Notes under the pieces: model-generated
What the model was told of the DNA's origin: nothing
Databases searched by the model: none
The model's input: only the letters and a program-made list of their open reading frames with translations
Shown here: one piece after another, positions 60,821 to 64,000 of the stretch
Layout: the number at the start of each line of letters is the position of its first letter
How positions within the stretch are numbered: position 1 is the first letter of the stretch
Source: Podarcis muralis
Taxonomy: Eukaryota
Direction: 5' to 3'
Assembly (NCBI RefSeq): GCF_964188315.1
Contig: NC_135662.1
Coordinates: 63,302,001-63,366,000 of the forward strand
DNA length: 64,000 nt
Made by a program: the position numbers and the translations under genes

Positions 60821-63800
60821 TAAAATGGTACTCACCTCTAGTATAATAATTGACTATAAAATTAAGATGCATAAAAGGCTTACTAGACTCCCATCTTAAA
60901 TTTATATTATGATGCCAACAAAAACCTTTTATTTTTTTAAAACGATCAGGTTTAGAAGATGGGTGACATGATAGAAATCTGTAATATATTATGTGTTATA
61001 TTTTCAGTTGTGATTTGATCTCTGGTAACTGAAAAGGGCACATGTAGGTGAAAATCATTAAGCTGTGTTTGAAATCAGATGTTGGTTAAAGTTCTTCTGT
61101 CACTGAAAAACCTTGAAATGAAGTAGGTTTTAGAAACCCCCTGACCTCCTTCTTGAAGGTTTCTTACAGGAAGCACTTTTGTTCCCCTAACAACACACAC
61201 TCACACAGGATAACTTTGTGCCATCAGGATGCAAGTGTCTAAACCTGTGAAGCTATTATTGTAGGTGATTGTGTACATTTTTTACAGAGTGAATGTGGCC
61301 ATGCATAAGGAGGTTAGATGTTACTGTCCATAAACTAGTATTTGGAGAACGTCCCAAGACCAAAGATACTGGCCATCCTTGGTGTAGTGCAGGGATGGGG
61401 CCCTCCAGATATTGTTGGGATACAACTCCCATCATTCCTTACCATTGGTTCTGCTGGCTGGGGCTGATGGAAGTTGAGGTCCAACAATAGCTGGAAGGCC
61501 TCAGGTTTCCCCATCTCTGCTGTAGAGCAACGGCTGGCATTAAACAATGGTAAAAATATTAAATGGGCATTCCTGAGCTCCACCACCCCCATCCGTGAAA
61601 ATGCTTAAAATATTTTCTGTGCTATGTAAGTAATACATCAACACTGAGGCTGATTAAAATTTGATAACCATTGACCTCCCCACTCCATTGTTAGGAAGAC
61701 TGTGAAGCAAGATAAAAAACAGTGTCACAGCTATGAGGACAAACAGCATAGCATCCAATAAACTATTTTATGTACATATTTTGTTAAGACTGGTTCCCAT
61801 TTCCTTGTTTGTTAATGAGTTGACTCATCCAGATTTTCAAAAGCCTAGTTTCCAACACCAGTGAGATAGGTTTGAATTTCTGCCAAGTGGGATTGGAGGC
61901 AGAGATAACAGTCAGCAACAACAATAGTCTTCCTTGGTCCATTTGCCAAAAACAATTGGCAGAAAAGGCTTGCCTTCTAACTTATCACTCAGTGCGGTGA
62001 GGGCTCTGGAGTTCTGGAAGAACACAGATAACTTGTAGGATACAAGGAAGAGGCAGGCTCACACAAGGGACCATTCTTACCTGAGTTTCCACGTCTCACC
62101 ATTAAAGTTGTTTGTTTATGTTTGCAAATGTGTACCCTGGACTATCCTCATTCTAGGATCTTAACAACCCTCAGTGCCAGTAGTAGGCTATGAATGATCC
62201 CATAGGCTGCATTTGGATTGCCAGAGTCTTTCTCCAGGATGGGGAAATCCTTTGACTGACCAGCCTGCTAGTATGTGGCTGTACAGTAACAATCCAGACA
62301 AACATCTTGGTAAGCAAGATGCAGCCCATTCGATCAGAGATGAGGAACTTGTGGTCCTCCAGGTGTTTTTTGGACTTCCGTGCCTCCAGGGCTGGTGGGA
62401 ATTGGAGTCCAACAACATCTGGAGGACCACTGATTCATTGCCTATTCCATCCCTTCTCTTTTCAATTAAATTTTTTGAAGTGTTTTGTCAAAACAAAATT
62501 CAACCAAATGTTTTCTTATCTACCCCCCACCCTCATTTCCCTCTGTTCCCATGGGAATCCCTTCCCTTGCACAAATTCTGTTTACTGTTTCATCCCTCCA
62601 CTGTGCTGATCTTACTCCCTACTCCCTGGACAAGGGACCACCTACTCTAGCATCCTGTTTTCACAGTGGCCAACCTGGTGCCTGTGCGAAGCCAGTAAGC
62701 AGAACCCAAGTGCAACAGCACTTTCTCACAGATTTGCATGAAATGCGCACATGCTACAGTTCAGAAAGACTAGGTGACCTGTGTGCCTGCTCAGTCCACT
62801 GTCAAGGCCTCTGTCTTCTCTCTTCTTATGATTCGTCTTTAAAACGAACTTGGATCTGGATATATGGCAACCCAAACCATTTGCCCAGTTCCTCTCTGAA
62901 ATTAGTCTCTGCCCCCAAAACTAAAACCTTGAGCCACCAACCTTGAGTCACCCTTTGCATTTCTACAGGGTTAAGACAGAAGATTATAGAACAAGTTCAA
63001 ATATCAAAAAGCAAATACTAAGAGAATAGGCACTGGGAGTGTTTTCTGGAGTGCGGTCCTTTTTCAGAACACAGATCGAGGCTTCTAAACACACACAGTG
63101 CGATCCTAAACATGTCCACTCAGAAGTAAGTAAGTGGGAGTTACTCACATGTAAGTAAGTTTTGCACTGCAACCATCTTGAATGCAGTGAGGCAGGGCTC
63201 CCACAAATATATTCATAGGGTTATACTATTAAAAAAAATTATCTCAGAGGCATGGGGAGCAGGGAGTTTATATTTTGTTTTTTGTTTTTAACTAGGTTTG
63301 CTTTAATTTAGTTTACAAATGTTTGCTTTTGAAATTTTACTCCTTTTTACAAGCTGTTTTGAGCTGCCATATTGTAGCAAGAATGAAGGGGTATAAATGG
63401 AAAAAATAAATTTAGACCAGTAGTAAAGAAAAATGTCAGTGGATTGGTGGTCTGGAAAAACCATCTGATTGTTTATGGGTTATTACTGTCTTGGCAGAGA
63501 CCTGCTCTGCAGTCCTCTGAGTTTTGAATGGCTGTGTCTAATATTGAAAACGATGTTGTTGTCTTCAGATCTACTGTGATGGGTTTTTTTGTTTTTTTAA
63601 TCCCTGGGGTTTCTGGCAGTGTTATTGTCACATATTTTTGTGTGCGAGGCACTTTCAAATTACAGGTGGAAAACATGTAGCCTCTTTCCACAATAACTTA
63701 TGGCGTATTGCTAAAAGAAGCATCACAAGTGGAAGAACAAAGCAGCATACTAGGATGGCAGATAAAAGAAATACAATCATCATGTGGTTTATCACTATGT

Positions 63801-63931
63801 GGTCCACAATGGTTTTTCTATATTCAGTAATTGTCACAAAAGCAGTCATATATTTTCCAGTGTGCACTGCTCTCAGCACCAGAAAACACAACCATCAATA
63901 GTTATGCTGTGGTGCAGAGTCCTTGTTAACA

Positions 63932-64000
63932 TGTTGTTTAGTCGTGTCCGACTCTTCGTGACCCCATGGACCAGAGCACGCCAGGCACCTCTGTCCTCCA
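63932..64000 (-). mobile_element. RTE-BovB LINE 3' end (runs off the window edge)
   Basis: TGTTGTTTAGTCGTGTCCGACTCTTCGTGACCCCATGGACCAGAGCACGCCAGG is the reverse complement of a BovB-type 3' terminus. Confidence 0.8.

Noticed and set aside
44000-64000. TXNDC5 exons, expected downstream from human synteny
   Set aside because: No thioredoxin CGHC-coding exon or matching CpG-island first exon was seen. The gene presumably lies beyond the window.
1-64000. CRISPR arrays, prokaryotic operons or endogenous viral ORFs
   Set aside because: The window is eukaryotic intron-exon DNA, with no regularly spaced repeat-spacer array and no gag/pol/env or other viral ORF recognised.

Overview
Vertebrate genomic DNA from a squamate, most likely a lacertid-type lizard, judged from the Sauria SINE, BovB, CR1, L1 and L2 families present. 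Two intact protein-coding genes lie head-to-tail on the + strand. EEF1E1/AIMP3 has 4 coding exons (21112-25289, 181 aa) and BLOC1S5/MUTED has 5 coding exons (32228-43998, 189 aa). Each has a CpG-island promoter with NRF1-type motifs, and the gene order matches the human EEF1E1-BLOC1S5 locus. The rest is intronic or intergenic DNA dense in transposable elements. These include a 3-kb young CR1 nested in a hAT MITE, a young L1 inserted antisense into an older L1, L2, RTE and BovB fragments, five Sauria SINEs, three solo-LTR-like elements, and many Tc1/mariner, hAT and Harbinger-type MITEs. I found no convincing novel biological system. The findings are TE-nesting events and testable regulatory hypotheses of low to moderate interest. 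All family and gene calls are by eye and memory, with no database searches run.
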